Assembly: GCA_964242035.1 (NCBI GenBank)
Contig: CAXTCL010000001.1
Coordinates: forward strand, 1 to 58,976
Reading direction: 5' to 3'
DNA: 58,976 nt
Source: an uncultured Acetobacteraceae bacterium
Lineage (GTDB): Bacteria > Pseudomonadota > Alphaproteobacteria > Acetobacterales > Acetobacteraceae
The position numbers and the translations under genes are program-made. Shown here piece by piece: positions 11,573 to 20,021 of the stretch; position 1 is the first letter of the stretch; every line of letters begins with the position of its first letter. The notes beneath the pieces were generated by a model that saw only the letters and a program-made list of their open reading frames with translations, searched no databases and had not been told where the DNA came from.

Positions 11573-13338
11573 TGGACATGCCGTCCGCCTCGGCGGGCCG
11601 GCGCCGGTTGCTTGGCAGTCCGCGCACCTTGTTCGGACCGATTCGGATCCGCCTCGCGTTGATTGTCCTGATTGCGGCGGTGCCGCTACTCATGCTTTCC
11701 GCAACCATCGCCTGGCAGAACTACCGGCTCGCTTTGGACGTGACGTCCCAGACTGCCCTGCGGTTACGGGAAGCCGCAGTCGCGCGCCACACGGCGGCCA
11801 TCGCTGGCGCAGAGCAGATGATGCAGGCGCTCTCCCAGATCGCAGAACTTTCGAACGGCAACCTCGCCGCATGTCATGAACGGCTGGCCAGCGTTCTGCT
11901 CCTGCAGGCGGCGCGATACTCCAACATCGCAGCGGCCGACCGCTCAGGCGCGATCGTCTGCTCCGCACGCGACATCCCCAGCCAGGCAGAGCTGGCCCGC
12001 GCAAACGCGGTGCACGCACCCCTGTTTGCCGCGTCTCGCCTGCGCCGCAATGTGCTTCTGGGTGCGATCCATAAGAGTCCGCTGACCGGCTATGACATCA
12101 TCCCGGCGGTCTATCCCATAAGGGATGGAGAGCAGGTGGTGGGCTTCGTCTACGCGGGCCTGCGTATCGACTCCTTTCGCCCGCTCACGGAAACATCTGC
12201 GACCGCCTCGCACGGCCTGTGGATCGTCGATGCAACCGGAAACTTGGTGCAGGTGTCCGACGTGAACAGGATGGGTCTGCCGTCGCCCTCGTTGGTGGCC
12301 CGGCTCGAGCACGCCCCGGCGGTGGTGGATGCGCGCTCGGCAGGAGGCGTTCCCTACGCCTATGCGTCCGCCCAGCTCAGTGACGGCTACAGTCTGATCG
12401 TCGCCTACCCCGCGCGCCTGGACCAGGCGGCCGCGACCGATTTGCTGATACGCCGCCTCGGCCAGCTCGGCCTGCTGTTGCTGCTCGGCCTGGCCGCTGT
12501 CGCGGTGGGCACCCACCTGGCCCTGGTCGAGCCTCTCACCCGACTGAGCCAAAGCGTGGCCGAGTGGCGCACTGGCGGCGCCTTTCAGCCGAACCTCACC
12601 TCGGACCCGCCAACCGAGATACGTGAGCTCGCGGCCTCGTTCGCGGAAGCCACCGACTCCCTGCGCGCCCACGCCATCAGACAGGTGGCCGCGGTGGAGA
12701 AGCAGGAGCTGCTGATGAAGGAGATCCACCATCGGGTGAAGAACAACCTGCAGATCGTGGCCTCTCTGCTGAACCTGCAGGCCGCGCGCATACGCCAGCC
12801 GGAAGCCCGCGCAGAGTTCGCCAGCGCGCGCGACCGGGTGCGCGCCTTGGCCACCTTGCACCGCCATCTCTATTTGCAGGGTGAGGTCCACACGATCGAC
12901 ATGCCGGCCTTCCTCAAGGAGCTGTGCGGCCAGATCTTCGACGCCATGGGCGAGACGCCCGGCAAGCGCATCAGCCTGCATATCGAAGCCAGCCCCCTGC
13001 AGATGCACAGCGACCAGGCCGTGCCGCTGTCGCTGATCGTGACGGAGGCGGTGAGCAACGCGGTCAAATACGCCTTTCCGAAGGGCCGTGCCGGCGCCGT
13101 GTGCGTACGTCTTACCGACGCGGACGGTTCGGCCGAGCTGGTGGTCGAGGACGATGGCGTGGGAATACCGGCCGGGCGGTCGGAGACCGAGACCGGCACA
13201 CGTGACGGCTTGGGCCTCACGCTCATACGCGGCTTCGCCCGCCAGCTCGGCGGTACGCTTGTCGTGGAGGAGGTGGGCGGCACGCGGTATGTGGTGCGGG
13301 TGCCGTTGACGCCTGCTCCGGAAAGTAGCGAAGCGTAG
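11569..13338 (+). CDS. Membrane sensor histidine kinase, HisKA_2 family (probable PhyR kinase)
   Basis: Two TM segments flanking a Cache-like periplasmic region; H-box EIHHRVKNNLQ; EAVSNAVKYAF, DDGVG, GLGLTLI. Confidence 0.88.
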   Translation: MMDMPSASAGRRRLLGSPRTLFGPIRIRLALIVLIAAVPLLMLSATIAWQNYRLALDVTSQTALRLREAAVARHTAAIAGAEQMMQALSQIAELSNGNLAACHERLASVLLLQAARYSNIAAADRSGAIVCSARDIPSQAELARANAVHAPLFAASRLRRNVLLGAIHKSPLTGYDIIPAVYPIRDGEQVVGFVYAGLRIDSFRPLTETSATASHGLWIVDATGNLVQVSDVNRMGLPSPSLVARLEHAPAVVDARSAGGVPYAYASAQLSDGYSLIVAYPARLDQAAATDLLIRRLGQLGLLLLLGLAAVAVGTHLALVEPLTRLSQSVAEWRTGGAFQPNLTSDPPTEIRELAASFAEATDSLRAHAIRQVAAVEKQELLMKEIHHRVKNNLQIVASLLNLQAARIRQPEARAEFASARDRVRALATLHRHLYLQGEVHTIDMPAFLKELCGQIFDAMGETPGKRISLHIEASPLQMHSDQAVPLSLIVTEAVSNAVKYAFPKGRAGAVCVRLTDADGSAELVVEDDGVGIPAGRSETETGTRDGLGLTLIRGFARQLGGTLVVEEVGGTRYVVRVPLTPAPESSEA

Positions 13339-13512
13339 AAAGGCCTTCTTTTTTGAAAAAAAGAAGCAAAAAACTTTTGCTACCCCGCCTGCCCTGCGAT
13401 CCGCGCTGATCCTGCCAGCGCACGCACTGGCAGGACAAGCACGCACCTCACTGCAGGCGCCAGGAGCAAAAGTTTTTTGCTTCTTTTTTTCGAAAAAGAA
13501 GGCCTTCCTTCC
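13339..13512. repeat. AT-armed palindromic repeat, core type II
   Basis: Both arms CTTC..GAAG type; core CGCCTGC..CCTGCCAG..CTGGCAGG..TGCAGGCG; starts right after the kinase TAG. Confidence 0.9.
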
Positions 13513-13548
13513 TTCGCCTTCGCGGAACCATACGCTACATCACCCGAC

Positions 13549-15225
13549 ATGCAGGACAGCAAGACCGCCGCGCGCGCCTGGACGCGGCAGCAAACCAGGC
13601 TGGCCCGCACCCAGGCGATCCCCGCAATCGGCTTCGGACTTGCCGGCCTGGTAGCGGCGGCCGCGCAGTCCGGCTGCGTAGCCTGGGCGCTCTCCACTGC
13701 CCTCGCGGGCCACTCACGTAACGGCATCCCGGCAATCACCAGTTTCGCCGTTCTCGCGCTGTTACGCAGCCTACTCCAAGTCCAGGCCGAACGCGCCGGC
13801 TTCAAGGCGGGTGCCGCCGGCCGTGCCCGCCTGCGCGGCGACGTGTTCGCGCGCATGCTGGCGGCCGGCCCCGCCTTGCTGCGCGGCGGGCATTCGGGCG
13901 AACTGGCGGCCACGCTCGTGGACAGGGTGGAGGCGCTGGACGGGCTGTTCGGCCGGTGGGTTCCCGCCTCTTTCCTGGCGATACTTGGACCCGTGGTGAT
14001 CTGCGCGGTGGCACTCGCCGTGGATCCTTTCACCGCGCTGGTCCTCCTGCTGGCCGGCCTTCTGGTGCCGTTCGGACAGGCAGTGGCGGGGATCGGCGCG
14101 GCCAGCGCCTCGCGAAGCCAGTTCCTGGCGATGGCTCGCCTGCAGGCGCGTTTTCTCGACCGCGTACGCGGCATCGCTACCATTGTGCTCGCGGGGCGCA
14201 CGAACGAGGAGGCGCTGGCACTCGCAAGCGCGGCCGCCGAGCTGCGGCAGCGCACGATGCGGGTCCTGCGCGTGGCGTTCCTGTCCTCTGCCGCATTGGA
14301 TTGCGCGATGGCCGGCGCGCTGATTGTCCTGGCCCTGCACAACAGGGCCGCCCTGACCGGCGGGCACGGTTCCCTGCCGCGGGCGTTGTTCAGCCTCCTG
14401 CTCGTCCCGGAGTTCTTCGCGCCGCTGCGGGCGTTTTCGGCCGCCTACCAGGACCGCATACACGCGACCGGCGCTGCCGAGGCGCTGGCCGACCTGCCCG
14501 CCTTGCCGGCGCCCGCCGCTCCCTCCGCCATACGCACCATTGAGGCGCGCGGGGTCACCGTCAGCTTCGAGCGCGTGCGCCTGGTGTGGGACGCCTCACG
14601 CGGACCCGCGCTCGACGATCTGAGCTTCTTCATCCCGCCAGGCGAGACGCTGATCCTGACCGGCCCGTCCGGCGCAGGGAAATCCAGCGTGCTCGAATTG
14701 CTGCTCGGCTTCGTGCGGCCGGATGAAGGCCGCATCCTGCTGAACGGCCATGACATCGCCGACATCGTACCAGCCGCACTCAGCCGCCTGACCGCCTGGA
14801 TCGGCCAGAAGCCGATGCTGTTTGCCGGCACGATCGCCGAGAACATCGCCTTCGCCCGGCCGGACGCCACGCCTGCCGAGATAGAAGACGCCGCCCGTGC
14901 TGCCCATGTGGACGCGTTCGCCGCCGGCCTGCCGCTCGGGCTGGAGACGCCGATCGGCGAGGCCGGGCACGGTCTCTCCGGCGGCCAAGCCCAGCGTGTA
15001 GCCATCGCGCGGGCTTTCCTGAAGAACGCGCCATTGCTCCTGCTGGACGAACCGACGGCGCATCTTGATCCCGCCACCGAGGCAGACGTGCTCGCGAGCC
15101 TGAAGCGGCTGGCTGTCGGCCGCACGGTGCTGATGGCCAGCCACTCCGCCGCGGCGCAGTCCTTCAGCGGCCGGCGGCTCGATCTCCGCCATGGCCGTGC
15201 GGCGGCAGCACGGGGCGCCGCATGA
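13549..15225 (+). CDS. cydD: Thiol reductant ABC exporter subunit CydD
   Basis: RQRTMRVLRVAFLSSA, LLLVPEFFAPLR, Walker A GPSGAGKS, LSGGQAQR, LLLDEPTAHLD. Confidence 0.92.
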   Translation: MQDSKTAARAWTRQQTRLARTQAIPAIGFGLAGLVAAAAQSGCVAWALSTALAGHSRNGIPAITSFAVLALLRSLLQVQAERAGFKAGAAGRARLRGDVFARMLAAGPALLRGGHSGELAATLVDRVEALDGLFGRWVPASFLAILGPVVICAVALAVDPFTALVLLLAGLLVPFGQAVAGIGAASASRSQFLAMARLQARFLDRVRGIATIVLAGRTNEEALALASAAAELRQRTMRVLRVAFLSSAALDCAMAGALIVLALHNRAALTGGHGSLPRALFSLLLVPEFFAPLRAFSAAYQDRIHATGAAEALADLPALPAPAAPSAIRTIEARGVTVSFERVRLVWDASRGPALDDLSFFIPPGETLILTGPSGAGKSSVLELLLGFVRPDEGRILLNGHDIADIVPAALSRLTAWIGQKPMLFAGTIAENIAFARPDATPAEIEDAARAAHVDAFAAGLPLGLETPIGEAGHGLSGGQAQRVAIARAFLKNAPLLLLDEPTAHLDPATEADVLASLKRLAVGRTVLMASHSAAAQSFSGRRLDLRHGRAAAARGAA

Positions 15226-16850
15226 GCCCGCTCCTTCGCATACTCGCACTGTGGCGCCCCTATGCGGTGCCGCTAGGCCTGGGCCTGCTGCTCAGCCTGG
15301 CGGCGATGGCCTGCGCCGTGGCGCTAATGAGCCTATCAGGCACCACAATCGCCGCCGTGCTCACAGGCGGCGCCCTGGCCGCCTCCGTCGCGCTGCAGGT
15401 GCTGGGGCCAGTCCGCGTGGTGTCGCGCTACCTGGAACGGCTGGTCACCCACGGTGCCACCTTCCGCGCTCTGGCAGGGCTGCGCGTATGGTTCTTCCGC
15501 GGCCTGGCCGCGCGCGCCGCCGGCGGTCTGGGGTTCCGGCGCGCCGGCGACGTGCTGTCCCGCATGGTCAACGACGTCGAGGCGCTCGACGGTCTATACC
15601 TGCGCATCCTGTTGCCGCTGGCCGGTGCGGTGATCCTTGTCCCGGTGGCCGGCATCGCCGCCGGGCGGCTGAACCTGGCAGCAGGACTCGCCGTGGCAAC
15701 TCTTCTTGCGGTCGCGGCTTTCACCACGCCGGCCTTGGCTGCCCGAAGCACCCGACAGGGCAGCGCCCGGCTTGCCCAAGCCACCTCTGACCTGCGCGTC
15801 TCAGCGCTCGATGCCTTGACCGGCCTGCGCGAGGTGCGCGCCTTTGGCGCCGAGCCTGCCATGGCCGCCCGTATAAAGACCGCCGGCGCAGGGCTCGAAG
15901 CCGCGCAGGATGTTCTGTCGCGCCGTGTGGCGCGGGCCAATGCCGGCGCGCTGCTCTGCGGCCAGGCAAGCGTGTTGGCCATCCTCCTTGCCGCAGGCGC
16001 CGCACCGGCGGTGGCCGTGGCCGCGGTGTTCCTGGTGGTGGCGGCGTTCGAGCCGATCTCCGGCCTGCCGCGTGCCGGCGTGGCGGCCGCCACCGCGTCG
16101 GCTGCCGCTGCACGCGTGCTGGAAGTCGCCTCCAGCCCGCCCGTCATCGCCGAGCCCTTGCAGCCCGCCCTCGTCCCCGCCCAGTCCGGCCTGCGCTTCG
16201 CCGGCGTGTATTTCAGCTGGGCGCCGGGTCAGCCCGAAGTGTTCAGCGGCCTGACCCTGGAAGTGCCGGCCGGCGCCCGGGTGGCCGTGCTCGGCCCGTC
16301 CGGCGTGGGCAAGTCCACGCTTGCCGCGCTGGCGCTGAAAGTGGCGACGCCGCGGGCCGGCCGCGTCTTTCTCGGCGGCACGGACCTGGCCCAGCTTGCC
16401 TCGCCTGACGTGCATCGCAGCGTCGCCTGGCTTGGCCAGACCACGCATTTGTTCAACGACAGCATACGCGGCAACCTGCTGCTCGGCCGGCCGGCCGCCA
16501 CGGACAGCGATCTGTGGGAAGCGCTGGATCGCGCTGCCATAGGCGACACCGTACGCGCGCTGCCCGAGCAACTCGACACTTGGCTTGGGGAGAGCGGCGC
16601 GGTCCTCTCCGGCGGCCAGGGGCGGCGGATCGCACTCGCCCGCACCCTACTGCAGCGCGCGCCCGCGCTCATCCTCGATGAGCCTTGTGCGGGACTCGAT
16701 GCGGAGACGGAGCGCGCGTTCCTCACCACGCTGTTTGCGGAGACGGCGGGTCAGACGGTGATACTGATCGCGCACCGGCTTACGGGGGTGGAGCGGCTGG
16801 ATCGGATCTGGCGGCTTTCGGGCGGGCTTGCTGTGGCGGCGGCGGCTTGA
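15222..16850 (+). CDS. cydC: Thiol reductant ABC exporter subunit CydC
   Basis: RYLERLVTHGATFRALAGLRVWFF, DVEALDGLYLR, GPSGVGKS, LSGGQGRR; ATGA overlap with cydD. Confidence 0.92.
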   Translation: MSPLLRILALWRPYAVPLGLGLLLSLAAMACAVALMSLSGTTIAAVLTGGALAASVALQVLGPVRVVSRYLERLVTHGATFRALAGLRVWFFRGLAARAAGGLGFRRAGDVLSRMVNDVEALDGLYLRILLPLAGAVILVPVAGIAAGRLNLAAGLAVATLLAVAAFTTPALAARSTRQGSARLAQATSDLRVSALDALTGLREVRAFGAEPAMAARIKTAGAGLEAAQDVLSRRVARANAGALLCGQASVLAILLAAGAAPAVAVAAVFLVVAAFEPISGLPRAGVAAATASAAAARVLEVASSPPVIAEPLQPALVPAQSGLRFAGVYFSWAPGQPEVFSGLTLEVPAGARVAVLGPSGVGKSTLAALALKVATPRAGRVFLGGTDLAQLASPDVHRSVAWLGQTTHLFNDSIRGNLLLGRPAATDSDLWEALDRAAIGDTVRALPEQLDTWLGESGAVLSGGQGRRIALARTLLQRAPALILDEPCAGLDAETERAFLTTLFAETAGQTVILIAHRLTGVERLDRIWRLSGGLAVAAAA

Positions 16851-16862
16851 CGGAAGGCAGCA

Positions 16863-17013
16863 GGAAGGAAGGCCTTCTTTTTCGAGAAAAAGAAGCAAAA
16901 AGCTTTTGCTCCGCTGTCGCGGGAACGTTGAGGCGCGCGTTTCAACAACACGCACCCGACGAAGACAAAAGTTTTTTGGTTCTTTTTTTCGAAAAAGAAC
17001 TGCTTTCTTTCTT
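16863..17013. repeat. AT-armed palindromic repeat, core type I
   Basis: CTTCTTTTTC-GA-GAAAAAGAAG left arm; GTTC..GAAC right arm; ends at the recQ ATG. Confidence 0.9.
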
Positions 17014-18813
17014 ATGAGCGACGCCGAAGAAACCCTGCACCGGGTGTTCGGCTTCCCCGCCTTCCGCGGCCTGCAAAAGCAGGCCGTGGACGCGGTAATA
17101 GCCGGCGAGGACGCGCTCGTTCTGATGCCCACAGGCGGCGGCAAGAGCGTCTGCTACCAAGTCCCTGCCCTCGTCCGCGCCGGCACCGCGCTGGTGATCT
17201 CACCGCTGATCGCCCTGATGGACGACCAGATCGCGGCCTTGCGCCAATTGGGCGTCTCCGCCGGCGCGCTGCATTCGGAACTCGAGCCCACCGAAGCCTC
17301 GCGCGTTTCCAACCTTCTCGATTCCGGCAAGCTCGATCTGCTCTACGTCTCGCCGGAGCGGCTGCTCTCCTCAGGCACGCTGGAGCGGCTGCGGCGGCGT
17401 GACCTGGCGCTGATCGCCATCGACGAGGCGCATTGCGTGAGCGCCTGGGGACATGAGTTCAGGCCAGAATATCGCGGCCTGGCGCGGCTGGCGCAGCTGT
17501 TCCCCGGCGTGCCGCGTATGGCGCTGACCGCCACGGCAGATCCGCGCACGCGTGACGACATACTCTACGCACTCGACATGCAGAACGCCCGTGTGTTCGC
17601 CGCCAGCTTCCACCGGCCGAACCTGCACATTGCCGCACAGCCCAAGCTTTCCGAAACGACGCAACTGCAGGACTTCCTCAAGCGCCATGCCGGCCAGGCC
17701 GGCATCGTCTATTGCGGCAGCAGGGCAAAGGTCGATCGCACGACGATGAAATTGCGTGAGAAGAACGTCCCCGCGGTGGCGTTCCATGCCGGGCTGAGCC
17801 CGATAGAGAAGCGCGCGGCGCTCGCACGCTTCCGCAGCGGCGAGCCTATTGTGATGGTGGCGACCATCGCGTTCGGCATGGGCATCGACCGGCCGGACGT
17901 GCGCTTCGTGGTGCATCTGGACATGCCGGACAGCCCCGAGGGCTACTACCAGCAGATCGGCCGCGCCGGGCGCGACGGCGAACGCGCCGACCTGCTCCTG
18001 CTATATGGCGGCGAGGACATGGCGCGCGCGCGCCACTGGCTCGGCCAGTCCACCGCGCCGGAAGCGCAGAAGGCGGTGATGAAACAGCGGCTGGAGGCGA
18101 TGATCGGGCTGGCCGAAGCCACGTCCTGCCGCACCCGCACGCTGCTCGCCTGCTTCGGCGAGACCCTCGTGCAGGACTGCGGCCATTGCGACGCGTGCCG
18201 CACGCCGTTCGCCGTATTCGATGGAACCAAGGCCGCCCAGCAGGCGCTGAGCGCGGTCTACCGGACGGGGCAGATGTTCGGCGCGCAATACGTGGTCGAT
18301 GTGCTGCGCGGCGAACGCAACGAGCGCACGGAGCGCAACGCCCACACAAAACTCGCTTTGTTCGGCATCGGCCGCGAGCGCGGTGACACATTCTGGCGCG
18401 GCGTCCTGCGCCAGCTCGTGGCGCGCGGCGCCTTGCGCACCGGCGACGGCGAGTTTCCCGGCCTGGAGCTGGTCGAAGACCAGGCCCGGCCGATACTGCG
18501 CGGCGAGACCACGGTGATGCTGCGCGAGGACGGCCCGGTGGCGCGCGCACCGCGCACAACCGCGCGCCCCGTCGCGGCGGCGCCTGACCCGGCCAATGAC
18601 AGCCTGTTCGAACGCTTGCGTGCGTGGCGCGCCGAGACGGCCAAGTCCCAGGCCGTGCCACCCTACGTGATCTTCCACGATACGGTCCTGCGCGATGTCG
18701 CGGCCGTGCGGCCTGGGCGGATGGAGGAGCTGGGGGAGATACGCGGTGTGGGGGCTTCCAAGCTGGAGCGGTATGGGGCGGCTATTCTGAAAGTGCTTGC
18801 TGGGGAAAACTAG
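17014..18813 (+). CDS. recQ: ATP-dependent DNA helicase RecQ
   Basis: MPTGGGKS, IDEAHCVSAWGHEFRPEY, ALTATA, ATIAFGMGID, YYQQIGRAGRDG, CGHCDAC zinc motif, C-terminal HRDC (PPYVIFHD). Confidence 0.95.
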   Translation: MSDAEETLHRVFGFPAFRGLQKQAVDAVIAGEDALVLMPTGGGKSVCYQVPALVRAGTALVISPLIALMDDQIAALRQLGVSAGALHSELEPTEASRVSNLLDSGKLDLLYVSPERLLSSGTLERLRRRDLALIAIDEAHCVSAWGHEFRPEYRGLARLAQLFPGVPRMALTATADPRTRDDILYALDMQNARVFAASFHRPNLHIAAQPKLSETTQLQDFLKRHAGQAGIVYCGSRAKVDRTTMKLREKNVPAVAFHAGLSPIEKRAALARFRSGEPIVMVATIAFGMGIDRPDVRFVVHLDMPDSPEGYYQQIGRAGRDGERADLLLLYGGEDMARARHWLGQSTAPEAQKAVMKQRLEAMIGLAEATSCRTRTLLACFGETLVQDCGHCDACRTPFAVFDGTKAAQQALSAVYRTGQMFGAQYVVDVLRGERNERTERNAHTKLALFGIGRERGDTFWRGVLRQLVARGALRTGDGEFPGLELVEDQARPILRGETTVMLREDGPVARAPRTTARPVAAAPDPANDSLFERLRAWRAETAKSQAVPPYVIFHDTVLRDVAAVRPGRMEELGEIRGVGASKLERYGAAILKVLAGEN

Positions 18814-18990
18814 GCAAGGAAGGCCTTCTTTTTTGCAAAAAAGAAGCGGAAGACTTTTGTCCCTACGCCTGCGTTGAGGTGCATCCCATTCTGCAAGCAC
18901 GCATGTTGGCAGAACCGGAGCGGACGGTGCTGCAGGCGGGGGAGCAAGAGTTTTTTGGTCCTTTTTTTCAAAAAAGGACTGCTTGCTTCC
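18814..18990. repeat. AT-armed palindromic repeat, core type II
   Basis: Fills the entire gap between the convergent recQ TAG and thiY TAG. Confidence 0.9.
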
Positions 18991-20021
18991 TACTTAAGGC
19001 CAATCCCGCGAAGAAAAGCAGCAAACGCCGCATAATCGCCCGTCTCACCAGCATCCGCCGCAAAATAGGGCAACGTCGCGTTCCAGGCTGCATGGTTAAG
19101 CGGATCATCCATATCCGGGTGCGTCCGGCGAACCATCTCCCAGCTTTCCGCGGGATGCGCGCGCAGATAGGCCAAGCCGCGCGTCGTCGCGCGCAGGAAC
19201 CGAGCGTAGCGCGTGTCACCTTCAGGCACCGGACGAGACGCGAACATCAGGTCCTCGAACGACGGCACGCCGTTCCGCTCATAATCGAACTGTACCACAT
19301 TGGCACCTTGCTGCCTGATCTCGAATGGTTCGAAGTTGCGATATACGCTCACCGCGTCCACCTGGTGCGACAGAAGCGCCACGCTGAGTTGCTCACCTAT
19401 CTGCACCATGCGCACATCCTTCAGCGAAACGCCTGCGCGGCGCAGCATCACGCCAACCATCACCTGCTCCACCTCGCCGGACCCGTGGCCGATCCGCTTG
19501 CCACGCAGATCCGCGAGCGTGTCAATTCCCGAACCTGCGAGCGCAATCAGAGAAGAAAGCGGCCGGTCGATAAGCACACCAAGCCGCACGAGCTTCAGGC
19601 CACCCGCGACCTGTTCAATGAACTGCGGCTCCGCCGTGAGCGCCACGTCCGCCTGGCCCGCCGCCACCAGCTTCGGGCCGATGCTGGCGTCGGCTGGCTG
19701 GATGAGTTCCACATCCAGGCCCTCAGCCGCGTAGGCGCCGATCTGCTCGGCCACGAGGATGGGCGCGTGGTCCGGGTTTATGAACCAGTCCAGGATGACT
19801 CTGAAATGGTCTGCGGCCTGGGCTGGTTTGGCGAGCAACAGTAAAAGAAGAAAGAAAGGCCTTCTTTTTTGTAAAAAAGAAGCAAAAAACTTTTGCTCCT
19901 CCGCTGCATCGGCGACGCGCGTAACTCCTGCGAGACCCGGCGCTGCACCGAGCGCGCGACAGCGGACCGAAAGTTTTTTGGTTCTTTTTTTCGAAAAAGA
20001 ACTGCTTGCTTCCTTTCTCAA
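18990..20021 (-). CDS. thiY: NMT1/THI5-family ABC substrate-binding protein (thiamine/HMP); N-terminus runs through a repeat
   Basis: LDWFINPDHAPI, GLDVEL, YRNFE. The only canonical start upstream of the signal-like FFLLLLLLAKPAQA is TTG 20021, overlapping the receptor stop (TTGA). Confidence 0.85.
   Translation of the reverse strand: MRKEASSSFSKKRTKKLSVRCRALGAAPGLAGVTRVADAAEEQKFFASFLQKRRPFFLLLLLLAKPAQAADHFRVILDWFINPDHAPILVAEQIGAYAAEGLDVELIQPADASIGPKLVAAGQADVALTAEPQFIEQVAGGLKLVRLGVLIDRPLSSLIALAGSGIDTLADLRGKRIGHGSGEVEQVMVGVMLRRAGVSLKDVRMVQIGEQLSVALLSHQVDAVSVYRNFEPFEIRQQGANVVQFDYERNGVPSFEDLMFASRPVPEGDTRYARFLRATTRGLAYLRAHPAESWEMVRRTHPDMDDPLNHAAWNATLPYFAADAGETGDYAAFAAFLRGIGLK
19850..20013. repeat. 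AT-armed palindromic repeat inside the 5' end of the thiY ORF
   Basis: Arms CTTCTTTTTTGTAAAAAAGAAGC and GTTCTTTTTTTCGAAAAAGAACTGCTTGCTTCC; core ends CGCGACAGCGGAC. Confidence 0.9.

Noticed and set aside
16828-17013. N-terminal extensions of recQ (also cydD, gyrB, lepB, nitrilase) through repeats in the ORF track
   Set aside because: Each has a plausible start downstream of the repeat at the expected homologous position, so the extensions are likely ORF-caller artefacts, unlike thiY and crtF.
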